From Alphaproteobacteria bacterium (GTDB lineage Bacteria; Pseudomonadota; Alphaproteobacteria; Caulobacterales; Maricaulaceae), in NCBI GenBank assembly GCA_024278855.1, contig JAJRSJ010000021.1, positions 4,181 to 68,180 of the forward strand: 64,000 nt of DNA. The letters run 5' to 3'. The translations under genes were made by a program, and so were the position numbers. Within the stretch, counting starts at the first letter, position 1; every line of letters starts with the position of its first letter. This document shows, one piece after another, positions 49,347 through 58,909 of the stretch. The notes under the pieces are model-generated. The model had not been told where the DNA came from. It was given only the letters and a program-made list of their open reading frames with translations, and made no database searches.

Positions 49347-49537
49347 ATGCTTTGAATCCATAGCCAGAACTTTTCCTAAGTCAAGTGCATTTGCCAACAA
49401 ATATCATGACATTTTATTTATGTTAAAATTGCGAATTTTTAGTGAAAACTTTGAGGGATTATGGATATATATGCGTATTAGCTGTAATATTTTGTCGAAC
49501 TAAACCCCTTTCAACCTATTAATTTACCGGAGCTTTT

Positions 49538-51409
49538 ATGCTAAATCGCAGACGTCTCATACAAACCGCCGCAGGAGGCGGTGCTTTCCTTGGCCTGTCC
49601 GGCCTTGTTCCCGCTTGGGCCAGATCTGCCGACGAAGGCAATCTTGGTATCCCCGTTCTCTCTGGCACCGAGTATGATTTGACGGTCGGCGAATTTCCCG
49701 TGCGTATCAATGGTCGGCCCGGTATGGCGGTTGGCATCAATGGGACTATCCCCTCGCCGCTGATCCGGTTCACCGAAGGCCAGGAAATTACGCTTAACGT
49801 CACCAATACATTACAGGCTGACACCTCAATCCACTGGCACGGGCTTTTGGTTCCGTTCCATATGGACGGAGTTCCGGGCGTATCATTCCCCGGCATTAAA
49901 CCCGGCGAGACCTTCCAGTATAAATATTCTGTGCCGCAAAACGGTACCTATTGGTATCATTCCCATTCCGGTCTGCAAGAGCCGCTCGGCATGTACGGGC
50001 CGATGATTATCGATCCTAAGGGTACCGACCCGGTAAAATATGACCGGGAATATGTAATTGTTATTTCCGACTGGACATTTGAGCATCCTATGAAGCTGTT
50101 TCGCAAGCTGAAAAGCATGGCTGATGGTTTCAATTTCCAAAAACGTACATTATCTGATTTTAGAAGGGACGCCAAAAAGAACGGCTTTGGCGCCACCATG
50201 AAACAGCGCGCCGCTTGGAATAAAATGCGGATGTCCCAAACCGATATTTCCGACGTGACTGGTGCTACATATACATACCTGATAAACGGACGCGGTACCG
50301 ATGACAACTGGAACGGTGTGTTTACACCGGGCGAGCGGGTGCGCTTGCGGATTATCAATGCTGCGTCCATGTCCATGTTTAACATCCGTATTCCCGGCCT
50401 GCCCATGACGATTGTGCAAGCGGACGGTTTGAATGTTAGGCCTTTGGAAGTCGACGAGTTTCAGATGTCTGTAGCGGAAACCTATGATGTGATTATTGAA
50501 CCCAAAGAGGCTAAAGCATTCGCCTTTGTCGCGGAAAGCATTGACCGCTCGGGACAAGTGGTCGCGACATTCGGCCCGCGTCCCGGCATGCGGGCAAGCG
50601 CTCCAACTCTGCGCGCAAAACCACTCCTGACCATGAAAGATATGGGCATGGGCGATATGGATCATGGCTCTATGGATATGGGTGGTGGGGATATGTCCGG
50701 CATGGATCATTCCAAAATGGATCATTCCCAGATGGACATCGGGCCTAGAGAGGTTTTAGAGAAAAAAATCAAACGCGGGCCTGGCGTGGCCAATGTCGCC
50801 GTGAACCCTGTTAGCCGCCTACACGAAGCGGGCATTGGGCTGGAAAATGTTCCGCACCGGACTTTGAAATATAGCGATTTGCGGTCGCTAGATCCCAACC
50901 CGGATACGCGCGAACCAGAACGGGAAATCATCCTGCATCTGACCTCCAATATGGAGCGCTATATGTGGTCATTTGACGGTGAAAAATTTATCTATAACAA
51001 TGACCCGATTAAATTTTATGAAGGCGAACGGGTTAGGTTGACCTTGATCAACAACACAATGATGCCCCACCCTATTCATCTGCACGGCATGTTTTTTGAC
51101 GTCGTAAACGGGTCGAAAAATCACAAACCGCGTAAACACACCATGATCGTCAAGCCGGGCGAAAAACAATCGTGGGATATTTCAGCCGAACATGTGGGCG
51201 ACTGGGCTTTCCATTGTCATCTATTTTTTCATATGTTGGCCGGCATGTTCCAGGTTGTATCGCTTTTGCCCCAAGACAAGCATAGCAAGCACGAGACGAG
51301 AATAGACCATTCAAAGATGGATCATTCCAAAATGAATATGAGGATGGAAGAAATGGATCACAGCAAAATGAACCACGGAAATATGGACATGGGAGGGACG
51401 AGCAAATGA
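49538..51409 (+). CDS. copA: multicopper oxidase CopA/PcoA with Tat signal and Met/His-rich insert
   Basis: Twin-arginine signal MLNRRRLIQTAAGG, copper ligands HWHG, WYHSH, HPIHLHG and HCHLFFH, and an MDH-rich loop (GMGDMDHGSMDMGGGDMSGMDHSKMDHSQMD). Confidence 0.93.
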   Translation: MLNRRRLIQTAAGGGAFLGLSGLVPAWARSADEGNLGIPVLSGTEYDLTVGEFPVRINGRPGMAVGINGTIPSPLIRFTEGQEITLNVTNTLQADTSIHWHGLLVPFHMDGVPGVSFPGIKPGETFQYKYSVPQNGTYWYHSHSGLQEPLGMYGPMIIDPKGTDPVKYDREYVIVISDWTFEHPMKLFRKLKSMADGFNFQKRTLSDFRRDAKKNGFGATMKQRAAWNKMRMSQTDISDVTGATYTYLINGRGTDDNWNGVFTPGERVRLRIINAASMSMFNIRIPGLPMTIVQADGLNVRPLEVDEFQMSVAETYDVIIEPKEAKAFAFVAESIDRSGQVVATFGPRPGMRASAPTLRAKPLLTMKDMGMGDMDHGSMDMGGGDMSGMDHSKMDHSQMDIGPREVLEKKIKRGPGVANVAVNPVSRLHEAGIGLENVPHRTLKYSDLRSLDPNPDTREPEREIILHLTSNMERYMWSFDGEKFIYNNDPIKFYEGERVRLTLINNTMMPHPIHLHGMFFDVVNGSKNHKPRKHTMIVKPGEKQSWDISAEHVGDWAFHCHLFFHMLAGMFQVVSLLPQDKHSKHETRIDHSKMDHSKMNMRMEEMDHSKMNHGNMDMGGTSK

Positions 51410-52269
51410 ATATTTTAAAACAAACTCTCCTTGTCTCCGGTATTTCTTTGTTCGCAACGGCAAATACAGCCTTGGCGAGTGACCCACATGCTGGACACGA
51501 TATGGCCAAGACAGAAACCGCCGAACCCACATCACCAGAAACTGAAACTACGGACAAACCCTGGTCTATGGCTGATAAGTATTGGGACCAAGAAGCCATG
51601 GATGAAGCCCGCGATATGGAAATCGCCACGCTCGGCGGCGTGAAAACCTCTTTCGTGATCGCTGACCGCTTGGAAACCCAGATCGCCGACGGTGAAGATA
51701 CGTTTATCTGGGACGCCCAAGGTTGGTACGGTACGGACGAGAATAAGCTATGGATCAAAACCGAGGGCAAATACAGCTTTGCCGATAACGCCATTGATGA
51801 TGCGGAAATTCAGGCATTGTGGTCAAAACCAATATCCAGATTTTGGGATCTACAAACCGGTATACGCTATGATTTCGTCCCCAAAGGCCGCACTCACGCC
51901 GTTGCCGGCATCCAAGGTCTGGCACCCTATTGGTTTGAGGTTGATGCGGCCGCTTTTTTAAGCACCAAAGGTGAGCTGACATCCTCCGTCGAGGCCGAGT
52001 ATGATTTCTTCCTGGATCAGCGGCTTATCCTGCAACCACGCGGCTCCCTAAAGTTCTCCGCCCAGGACATAACTGATCTTGGTATTGGGGCCGGGCTTAC
52101 CAATCTTACCCTAGGTTTACGTTTGCGCTATGAGTTTAAACGCGAATTTGCGCCCTATATTGGTGCATCGTGGCAAAGAAGCCTCGGCGAAACCGCCCAA
52201 ATTGTCCGCGCAGGCGGCGGCGACCCGGGTAAACTAAAATTGGTAATAGGTGTCCGCACTTGGTATTAA
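51406..52269 (+). CDS. copB: copper resistance protein B (outer membrane)
   Basis: An ATGA overlap joins it to copA. It has a signal peptide, and WDAQGWYGTDENKLWIKTEG and the C-terminal ...VIGVRTWY match the CopB/PcoB pattern. Confidence 0.88.
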   Translation: MNILKQTLLVSGISLFATANTALASDPHAGHDMAKTETAEPTSPETETTDKPWSMADKYWDQEAMDEARDMEIATLGGVKTSFVIADRLETQIADGEDTFIWDAQGWYGTDENKLWIKTEGKYSFADNAIDDAEIQALWSKPISRFWDLQTGIRYDFVPKGRTHAVAGIQGLAPYWFEVDAAAFLSTKGELTSSVEAEYDFFLDQRLILQPRGSLKFSAQDITDLGIGAGLTNLTLGLRLRYEFKREFAPYIGASWQRSLGETAQIVRAGGGDPGKLKLVIGVRTWY

Positions 52270-52302
52270 AACAGGTTGCAACAATCCCCAATCACAAAAA
52301 CA

Positions 52303-52336
52303 AGACCGTTCATTTTTAAAATGAACGGTCTTTTTC
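52303..52336 (+). terminator. rho-independent terminator after copB
   Basis: AGACCGTTCATTT / AAATGAACGGTCT stem followed by TTTTT. Confidence 0.8.
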
Positions 52337-52431
52337 TATAAAATATTTGGGTCTTTTCAAATCAAAACGCAAACCCAAGATACCCGCTGCCCCGAATTTT
52401 ATGGGGCAGGTTTTCCCCGCTACCTGTAACA

Positions 52432-52478
52432 CCCCTCACCTTGTTCCTCTCCTTTTGGGAGAGGAACAAGGTGAGGGG
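52432..52478. repeat. perfect 21-bp inverted repeat (47-nt hairpin)
   Basis: cccctcaccttgttcctctcc-ttttg-ggagaggaacaaggtgagggg. It lies in the copB / cytochrome c intergenic region and is not followed by a T-run on either strand. Confidence 0.85.
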
Positions 52479-52560
52479 TAAAGAACTCAGTTGGCAAACC
52501 GATAGCCCCAGTACAAAGTAATCCAGGAAAATTCGGGGTCGCGAGGGTTTTTGGTATAAA

Positions 52561-52917
52561 TTATTTTGGTTGAAAATTGTCCCTAATATATTCTAAAACT
52601 TTCTTCACGTCTGCATCTGTCAATTCGTCATTGCCGCCGAGGGCCGGCATTTCCATTTGCGAGCCTTCGCTCTCATACCCGTCCGTAATATGTTTAATGA
52701 GCACTTTGTCTGATTTGGACAGCGGGCCTTTTTTGCTGGTGAAATCCGGCGTGATACCGGGGAAAGCCCCTTTGCCATCATCACCGTGACATGCGGAGCA
52801 GTTTTCCGCGTAAATTTCTTTTCCGCTGTCTGAGCTGTCCGCAAAGGCAATGACCCCGGCAAACACTGTAAAAGATATCGTGATTCCCATAGCTGTTATG
52901 ACAATAAATTGTTTCAT
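52561..52917 (-). CDS. class I c-type cytochrome (monohaem), secreted
   Basis: Signal peptide, haem motif CSACHG, and a distal Met region (EMPALGG). Confidence 0.8.
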   Translation of the reverse strand: MKQFIVITAMGITISFTVFAGVIAFADSSDSGKEIYAENCSACHGDDGKGAFPGITPDFTSKKGPLSKSDKVLIKHITDGYESEGSQMEMPALGGNDELTDADVKKVLEYIRDNFQPK

Positions 52918-52933
52918 AATTTTCTCCTTAAAG

Positions 52934-53272
52934 TTAATTACTGCGTTGTAAAAATTCTAAAATATCGCGGGCATCCTGCCCACTTAACCCGGCGCGAATG
53001 CGCATATGCATCATGGTCGCTTTCCATTCACTATCGGTCAAATCCTTGGGTGCGCGAATATTATGGCAACCCGTACACCGGTTGGCCCATAATTTTGCGC
53101 CCCGTGCAAAGTTGGGTTTTTTTGATTTTTTCTTAGCAACAGCCTTATCCGCAGCTTTAGGTTTTTTCGTCTCCGTTGCGGCTTGTTTCTCAGCGGCATA
53201 GCTTGTCTGGGAGAGGCCCAGACTTGCCCCTGACAGGGCCACTGCAATCAATATAATTGTAAAGTTTTTCAT
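52934..53272 (-). CDS. small c-type cytochrome-like protein with Lys-rich linker
   Basis: The start at MKNFTIILIAVALSGASLG has an AGGAGA RBS. It has the motif CTGCHN and a Lys/Ala-rich region KKPKAADKAVAKKKSKK. Confidence 0.65.
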   Translation of the reverse strand: MKNFTIILIAVALSGASLGLSQTSYAAEKQAATETKKPKAADKAVAKKKSKKPNFARGAKLWANRCTGCHNIRAPKDLTDSEWKATMMHMRIRAGLSGQDARDILEFLQRSN

Positions 53273-53294
53273 GTTGTTTCTCCTAAAACCTTTC

Positions 53295-54590
53295 CTAAAA
53301 ACCATAGGCCAGTTGAGCCAAGAATCTGTTATCATCAGTATCTCTGCCGACAACACCTGCGTTAAATTCATAGGCAATTTTGGCAATGACTTGCGGCGCG
53401 ATCAAATAATTCAGGCCGACTGCCCATTGTTCTTGTCTCTGGCTTGAATGGGGCGAGTTATAATCCGTATAGCGCACAACGGCTTCGAAATTACGCGGTA
53501 ATCTATATGCTCCTTGCATATACCATGATTCCCACATCCATGTTTCCGGCGCAACACTGCTTGATAATGCTCCGACTTCTTGCTGAACATATTCACCGCG
53601 AAAATCAAATTTCTTCCATTGATAGGCAAAGTCGGCACCCAATATGCGGTAGCTTCTGTCCGCTTCCATAGGGATGGCCGTGTCGCCCATGGCACCCGAC
53701 AGACCAATTTCCAATTTGGGGATTGGGATAAAGCCGACCCGGCCGCCGGCAACCTTGTTACCGTCTATATCGCGGCCAAAACCTGCGGTTCCAATGCCGT
53801 GGATTTCCGTTACACCGCCTTCCACTTCAAGTTCAAGCTCTGGGCCATTGCCAACGTAAACCGCATAATTCATGCGCAGGCCGCTATCGCCCACGGCGCC
53901 CAATGGCACGGCACCGCGAAGCTGTATACCTAACTCCGCAGACGGCGCAGCACCGTCATGACCAAATCCGGATGGGGCGGACGGTAATTTGTTAATCCAC
54001 GAGGGATGGATGTTTTGCCGAAACTGGCCGACCGGGCTGATAAACCTGCCCATCACCAGTGTGGCATAGTCGTTTAAATTCACATCAATTGTCAGATATT
54101 CTAGCCCGACCGATGTGCTACCGTCCTCCAACACCTTAAACTCCACCTCGCTTTCCAGCAAAACCTTGTCTTTGTACTGGTAATGGAAAATCGGGGAAAA
54201 CTGCACCTGATTAAACGTATCATTTGCATTTTGCTTGTTGGTATATCCGGCCGACGCATAACCGGCCAGATGGATTATAGAATTGGTGTTTTTCCATTCC
54301 TCGGCGCTCTTGGCCACTTTGGCAACTTTCTTGACGGCTTTTTGGGCCTTGTTGGCCGTCGCTTGCGCCTCATCAGCGGTCTCTATGGCAGTCGTTATAT
54401 TTTGTGTGGATTGCTGTACGGCAGTGCGCAAGGCGGCTAGTTCTGCCTCAAGTCTTTCGATGCGGGACAATAATTCCTGATTGGCCTGGAATTCCTGATT
54501 GTCTTGGGTACCGCCCGTCTGCGCCAGTGCCGGAGTAGCTCCAAGCATTATAATGGCAATTGCTGAAGTTCGGAATAATAAGTTTTTCAT
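53295..54590 (-). CDS. outer-membrane porin with N-terminal coiled-coil segment
   Basis: Signal peptide MKNLLFRTSAIAIIMLGATPALA, the coiled coil LLSRIERLEAELAALRTAV, an alternating beta-strand pattern, and a terminal ...AQLAYGF. Confidence 0.7.
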   Translation of the reverse strand: MKNLLFRTSAIAIIMLGATPALAQTGGTQDNQEFQANQELLSRIERLEAELAALRTAVQQSTQNITTAIETADEAQATANKAQKAVKKVAKVAKSAEEWKNTNSIIHLAGYASAGYTNKQNANDTFNQVQFSPIFHYQYKDKVLLESEVEFKVLEDGSTSVGLEYLTIDVNLNDYATLVMGRFISPVGQFRQNIHPSWINKLPSAPSGFGHDGAAPSAELGIQLRGAVPLGAVGDSGLRMNYAVYVGNGPELELEVEGGVTEIHGIGTAGFGRDIDGNKVAGGRVGFIPIPKLEIGLSGAMGDTAIPMEADRSYRILGADFAYQWKKFDFRGEYVQQEVGALSSSVAPETWMWESWYMQGAYRLPRNFEAVVRYTDYNSPHSSQRQEQWAVGLNYLIAPQVIAKIAYEFNAGVVGRDTDDNRFLAQLAYGF

Positions 54591-54758
54591 GATTAACTCT
54601 CTCAACTTTGTTTCCTTAACAAAAAGTAATACGTGGTGGTTTGGTTCAGCCCTCAAAGTTTTTTGAGGGAACAGTGATTAACAAAACATGAGGGCTAAAT
54701 CGCCTGCCTGCGTATAAAGTTATGAGAACTTATTCTCGAAACAAAACAGGAGGCTGAA

Positions 54759-54980
54759 ATGCTTATGTTTATGGCGGCGCTTGTGTTCCAAGTGGAACTG
54801 GCGGTAATCGCGGGCGGATTGTTCGCATTGTACAAAGCAACAAAAGAAGACAGCAAACATTTGAAGTGGGCCGGGTGGATATTAACCATCGGCGGTGTGC
54901 TTGGCGTTTTATGCACAACTTATTTTTCGCTTATATATATGGGCCAGGGTGGCTTTGATATGGCGACAATGATGCAATGA
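54759..54980 (+). CDS. small two-TM membrane protein (hypothetical)
   Basis: 73 aa. A strong AGGAGG RBS lies 7 nt upstream of the ATG, and there are two hydrophobic helices. It is directly upstream of the CDF transporter gene. Confidence 0.55.
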   Translation: MLMFMAALVFQVELAVIAGGLFALYKATKEDSKHLKWAGWILTIGGVLGVLCTTYFSLIYMGQGGFDMATMMQ

Positions 54981-55073
54981 CTGGCATTGCCAGTTTAATG
55001 AAATTGAACTATGATCTGCTGCACTGGTAGCAATAAAAATAAACCAAATAAATAAAATCAGGGGACGGTGCAT

Positions 55074-56018
55074 ATGCAAGACCATTCAAAACACGCGGCT
55101 AAAAAACCTGGGCAACATTCTGGCGGCGGCGGTAGCTTTCACGGTATCAATGCGGATGCGCGCATCCTAAAAATCACCGGCTGGCTGACGGGCATATATT
55201 TTATCATCGAGCTTGGGCTTGGGTTTTATTCGCAATCTATCGCGGTTATCTCGGATGCGTTTCACACATTTTCTGCGGTCGGCGGTATATTGATTGCTTT
55301 TGTAGCCAACCGGATTGCCAATAAAGCCGCCAGCGTGGCTGCGACTTACGGCTTTAAGCGGGCCGAAATAATCGGGGCGCTGCTTAACGGGGTGTTCCTA
55401 TTCCTCATGGCGGGTTATGTGCTTTATATGGGTTATACACGGCTCGGCAAAGAGTTTGCACTGCCAACCAATATCATGTTCCTGGCCGCCTTTGGCGGGC
55501 TGATTACCGAAGCTATAGCCTTCAAACTGATCTACCAAAGCCAGAAAACCAATATGAATATGAAGGGTGCCTATTGGCACATCATGCAGACTTTCGTTGG
55601 CTCCATTTTGATTATTATTGCCGCCGTCATTATCAAGCTCACCGGATATACGCCTATTGATGCAATCCTTGGCATGGCCTTCGGTCTGGTGCTGTTCTGG
55701 GCTAGCTATAAAATCATCAAAGACGCTCTGGATATTTTCATGCAGACTGTGCCGGGGGATGTGGACATAGAAAAAACCAAAGCCGCTCTTTTGGATATAC
55801 CGGGCGTCAAAAGCGTCATGCCCCTCCATGCCTGGGTGCTGACGTCCAACCAAAATATTTTCTCGGCTCATATTCAGATCGAAGACCAGAAAAACGCCGA
55901 AGACATATTACGCAAAGCGGAAACTTTGCTCAAGGATGAGTACGGTTTCTATTTCTCGACCTTGCAATTGGAGTTGGAACACCGGGACATGGGCGCCGAG
56001 GATATAAATTTCACATAA
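55074..56018 (+). CDS. czcD: cation diffusion facilitator (CzcD/ZitB-like) transporter
   Basis: His-containing N-terminus, the TM2/TM5 motifs SQSIAVISDAFHTFSAV and HIMQTFVGS, and a C-terminal cytoplasmic domain. Confidence 0.85.
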   Translation: MQDHSKHAAKKPGQHSGGGGSFHGINADARILKITGWLTGIYFIIELGLGFYSQSIAVISDAFHTFSAVGGILIAFVANRIANKAASVAATYGFKRAEIIGALLNGVFLFLMAGYVLYMGYTRLGKEFALPTNIMFLAAFGGLITEAIAFKLIYQSQKTNMNMKGAYWHIMQTFVGSILIIIAAVIIKLTGYTPIDAILGMAFGLVLFWASYKIIKDALDIFMQTVPGDVDIEKTKAALLDIPGVKSVMPLHAWVLTSNQNIFSAHIQIEDQKNAEDILRKAETLLKDEYGFYFSTLQLELEHRDMGAEDINFT

Positions 56019-56031
56019 CCAATAAAAGTCT

Positions 56032-56063
56032 TGACTCTGGACTATAGTCCACAGGCTATAAGC
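56032..56063 (+). promoter_or_regulatory. MerR-type promoter (20-bp spacer with perfect dyad) upstream of the merR-family gene and Cu ATPase
   Basis: TTGACT (56032-56037), a 20-bp spacer and TATAAG (56058-56063). The spacer contains the perfect 14-bp palindrome TGGACTATAGTCCA (56039-56052). Confidence 0.65.
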
Positions 56064-56091
56064 AGGGAATTGAAGCTAAATAGGAGAGCAA

Positions 56092-56505
56092 ATGTCAAGC
56101 ATAGCAATCGGACAACTGGCAAAGGCGGGCAATGTCAATATTGACACCGTGCGCTATTACGAGCGCAAAAACCTGCTCATGCCAGAAGCCCGCACGCCGT
56201 CTGGCTATCGGCGCTATTCCGGGGATAGTATCCGCCGGTTACGCTTTATCCGCAAAGCCCAAGGGCTCGGTTTCAGCCTCAAGGAAATCGGCAATATGTT
56301 GGACATGAGCAGTGCGCACGACGCGGAATGCGGTAATATCAAGCAATATGCCGAGAAAAAGATCGACGACATTCAAGTCCGCATATCGGACCTGCAAAGA
56401 ATCCGCGACGGTCTGAGACAGATCGCTGCGTCTTGCCCCGGCGGCGACAGCCCGCTGGAAAACTGCACAATATTAGAACATTTTTACAAAAATGAGGCCC
56501 AATAA
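56092..56505 (+). CDS. MerR-family heavy-metal-responsive transcriptional regulator (three-Cys CadR/ZntR/PbrR-like pattern)
   Basis: HTH motif IGQLAKAGNVNIDTVRYYERKNLL. Cys80, Cys115 and Cys125 are positioned like the metal ligands of divalent-metal MerR sensors. Confidence 0.85.
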   Translation: MSSIAIGQLAKAGNVNIDTVRYYERKNLLMPEARTPSGYRRYSGDSIRRLRFIRKAQGLGFSLKEIGNMLDMSSAHDAECGNIKQYAEKKIDDIQVRISDLQRIRDGLRQIAASCPGGDSPLENCTILEHFYKNEAQ

Positions 56506-56531
56506 ATTAGGCTCCCAAGAAAGGAATTCCC

Positions 56532-58901
56532 ATGAGCACCCATCCTGAGAAAAGTGAATACGACAAAGTCCCAGAAGGTTTTGACGGTACGGTCTTCACA
56601 TGCCCCATGCACCCGGAAGTGCGCGACGTCGAGAAAAGCAATTGCCCCATATGCGGTATGTTTTTGACCGAAGAAGGACAAAGCAGTGATGAGAAACACG
56701 GGGAACACGACTGTTGCGCGACAAACCCGGACGCCGAAAACGCCCCACCAGGCAAATATGATTTGGTACCTGCAGGGTACGAAGGCACCATCTATGTCTG
56801 CCCCATGCACCCGGAAGTGCGCGACATCAAGGCCTCCGCCTGCCCCATATGCGGCATGGCCATAGAGCCGGCAGGCGTTGTCACGGGCGAGGCTGACACC
56901 ACCGAGCTTGACGATTTCACCAAGCGGTTTTGGATCGGGCTGATTTTAACCATCCCGGTTGTCATCTTGGCTATGGGACCGTTTATCGGCATTCCCATCG
57001 AAAAATTTATCCCCAAACGCATTACGGTCTGGATAGAGCTGGTTCTGGCCACACCCGTCATCTTGTGGAGCGGTTGGCCGTTCTTCACGCGGGGTTGGGC
57101 CTCGGTTAAAACCCGTAATCTCAACATGTTCACCCTGATCGCCATGGGGGTCGGGGCGGCGTGGCTGTACTCGGTTGTAGCCACTATTGTGCCGGACATT
57201 TTCCCGGACGCTTTTCGCAAAGACGGCATTGTCGAAATTTATTTCGAAGCCGCCGCCGTAATCGTCACCCTTGTTTTGCTCGGCCAGGTGCTTGAGCTAA
57301 GGGCGCGAGAACAAACCGGCGGCGCGATCCGCGCATTACTTGACTTGGCCCCCAAAATGGCCCGCATTGTGCGCGCAGACGGCGAGGAAGAAGAAATCCC
57401 GTTAGACGACGTGCAGGTCGGCGATCATTTACGTGTCCGTCCCGGCGATAAAGTCCCGGTAGACGGCGCGGTATTTGAAGGCCGCTCCAGTGTGGACGAA
57501 AGCATGTTAACCGGCGAACCACTGCCGGTGGAAAAAACCAAAGGCGATACACTAACCGGCGGCACCATTAACGGCACGGGCAGTTTTATCATGGAAGCCA
57601 AACGGGTCGGCGGCGATACGACCCTGTCGCAAATCGTCAATATGGTGGCGGAGGCGCAACGCTCCCGCGCCCCCATCCAAAAGCTGGTGGACAAAATTTC
57701 CAGCTATTTCGTCCCCGCCGTAATCGTCATCGCCATTACCGCCTTTATCGCTTGGTCGATCTGGGGTCCGGCGCCGGCTATGGCCTATGCTTTGATCTCG
57801 GCTGTATCCGTGTTGATTATCGCTTGCCCTTGTGCGCTCGGCTTGGCCACGCCCATGTCAATTATGGTGGCTACGGGCAAAGGCGCACTGGCGGGTGTTT
57901 TGGTTAAAAACGCCGAGAGTTTGGAGAACTTTGCCAAGGTAGACACGCTGATCGTCGATAAAACCGGCACTCTTACTATGGGCAAGCCTGCCCTTACGGA
58001 TGTGCTGCCCGTAGACGGCATGGACAAGACGGAGTTTCTGGCCCTAACCGCATCATTGGAAAAAGGCAGTGAGCATCCCCTCGCCGAAGCCATTGTACGC
58101 GGCGTTGAAGAACGCGGCATAAAACTATCCAAAACCAAGGACTTCGAGGCCGTCACTGGCAAAGGCGTCCAAGGTATTGTGTCTGGCAAGAAAGTAGCCA
58201 TCGGCAATGCCCGCATGATGGCCGATCTTGGCCTTGACCGGGACGCGCTGATTAGCGAAGCGGAAGCCATGCGCAAGCAAGGCAAAACCGCCATGTTTGT
58301 CGCCATAGAAAACAAACTCGCAGGGCTAGTCGGCGTGGCCGATCCCATCAAGGAAACCACCCAGGAAGCCATTGACGCCTTGCACAAGGCCGGGCTTAAA
58401 ATCATTATGGCCACCGGCGATAACGCCACCACCGCCCAGGCCGTAGCTGATAAACTCGGTATTGACGAGGTACGGGCCGACATGTTGCCGGAACACAAAT
58501 CCGCCCTAGTCAAAGAGCTACAGGCGGCTGGTGCCAAAGTCGCCATGGCCGGAGACGGGGTTAATGACGCCCCTGCCCTCGCTCAGGCCGAGGTCGGGAT
58601 AGCTATGGGCACGGGCGCAGATGTGGCGGTGGAAAGCGCCGGATTTACTTTGCTGCGCGGTGATCTGCGCGGTATTGTCCGGGCGCGAAAATTGTCCAAA
58701 GCCACTATGGGCAATATCCGCCAAAACCTGTTCTTCGCTTTCATATACAACGCGGTTGGTGTACCCGTGGCGGCAGGGGTTTTGTACCCGGCCTTGGGCT
58801 TGTTACTATCGCCGATCATTGCTGCCGCCGCCATGAGCCTGTCGTCGTTTTCGGTGATTATGAATGCACTTAGGCTCAAAGGTTTGAAGTTGAACGATTA
58901 A
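56532..58901 (+). CDS. Cu(I)/Ag(I)-type P1B-1 ATPase (CopA/ActP-like) with two N-terminal CPxHPE...CPxCGM metal-binding modules
   Basis: CPC ([11 protein letters not shown]), [16 protein letters not shown]-x6-YN-x4-P ([14 protein letters not shown]) and P-x6-M-x2-SS ([12 protein letters not shown]). The N-terminus has [22 protein letters not shown] and [22 protein letters not shown] instead of a GMxCxxC HMA domain. Confidence 0.92.
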   Translation: MSTHPEKSEYDKVPEGFDGTVFTCPMHPEVRDVEKSNCPICGMFLTEEGQSSDEKHGEHDCCATNPDAENAPPGKYDLVPAGYEGTIYVCPMHPEVRDIKASACPICGMAIEPAGVVTGEADTTELDDFTKRFWIGLILTIPVVILAMGPFIGIPIEKFIPKRITVWIELVLATPVILWSGWPFFTRGWASVKTRNLNMFTLIAMGVGAAWLYSVVATIVPDIFPDAFRKDGIVEIYFEAAAVIVTLVLLGQVLELRAREQTGGAIRALLDLAPKMARIVRADGEEEEIPLDDVQVGDHLRVRPGDKVPVDGAVFEGRSSVDESMLTGEPLPVEKTKGDTLTGGTINGTGSFIMEAKRVGGDTTLSQIVNMVAEAQRSRAPIQKLVDKISSYFVPAVIVIAITAFIAWSIWGPAPAMAYALISAVSVLIIACPCALGLATPMSIMVATGKGALAGVLVKNAESLENFAKVDTLIVDKTGTLTMGKPALTDVLPVDGMDKTEFLALTASLEKGSEHPLAEAIVRGVEERGIKLSKTKDFEAVTGKGVQGIVSGKKVAIGNARMMADLGLDRDALISEAEAMRKQGKTAMFVAIENKLAGLVGVADPIKETTQEAIDALHKAGLKIIMATGDNATTAQAVADKLGIDEVRADMLPEHKSALVKELQAAGAKVAMAGDGVNDAPALAQAEVGIAMGTGADVAVESAGFTLLRGDLRGIVRARKLSKATMGNIRQNLFFAFIYNAVGVPVAAGVLYPALGLLLSPIIAAAAMSLSSFSVIMNALRLKGLKLND

Positions 58902-58909
58902 GGGCAAAT

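Noticed and set aside
49400-49537. CopR/CusR-type box in the divergent region between the czc leader gene and copA
   Set aside because: Only loose half-site similarity is present (ATGACA...ATGTTA with odd spacing), and no copRS or cusRS genes are in the window. This is insufficient to call.
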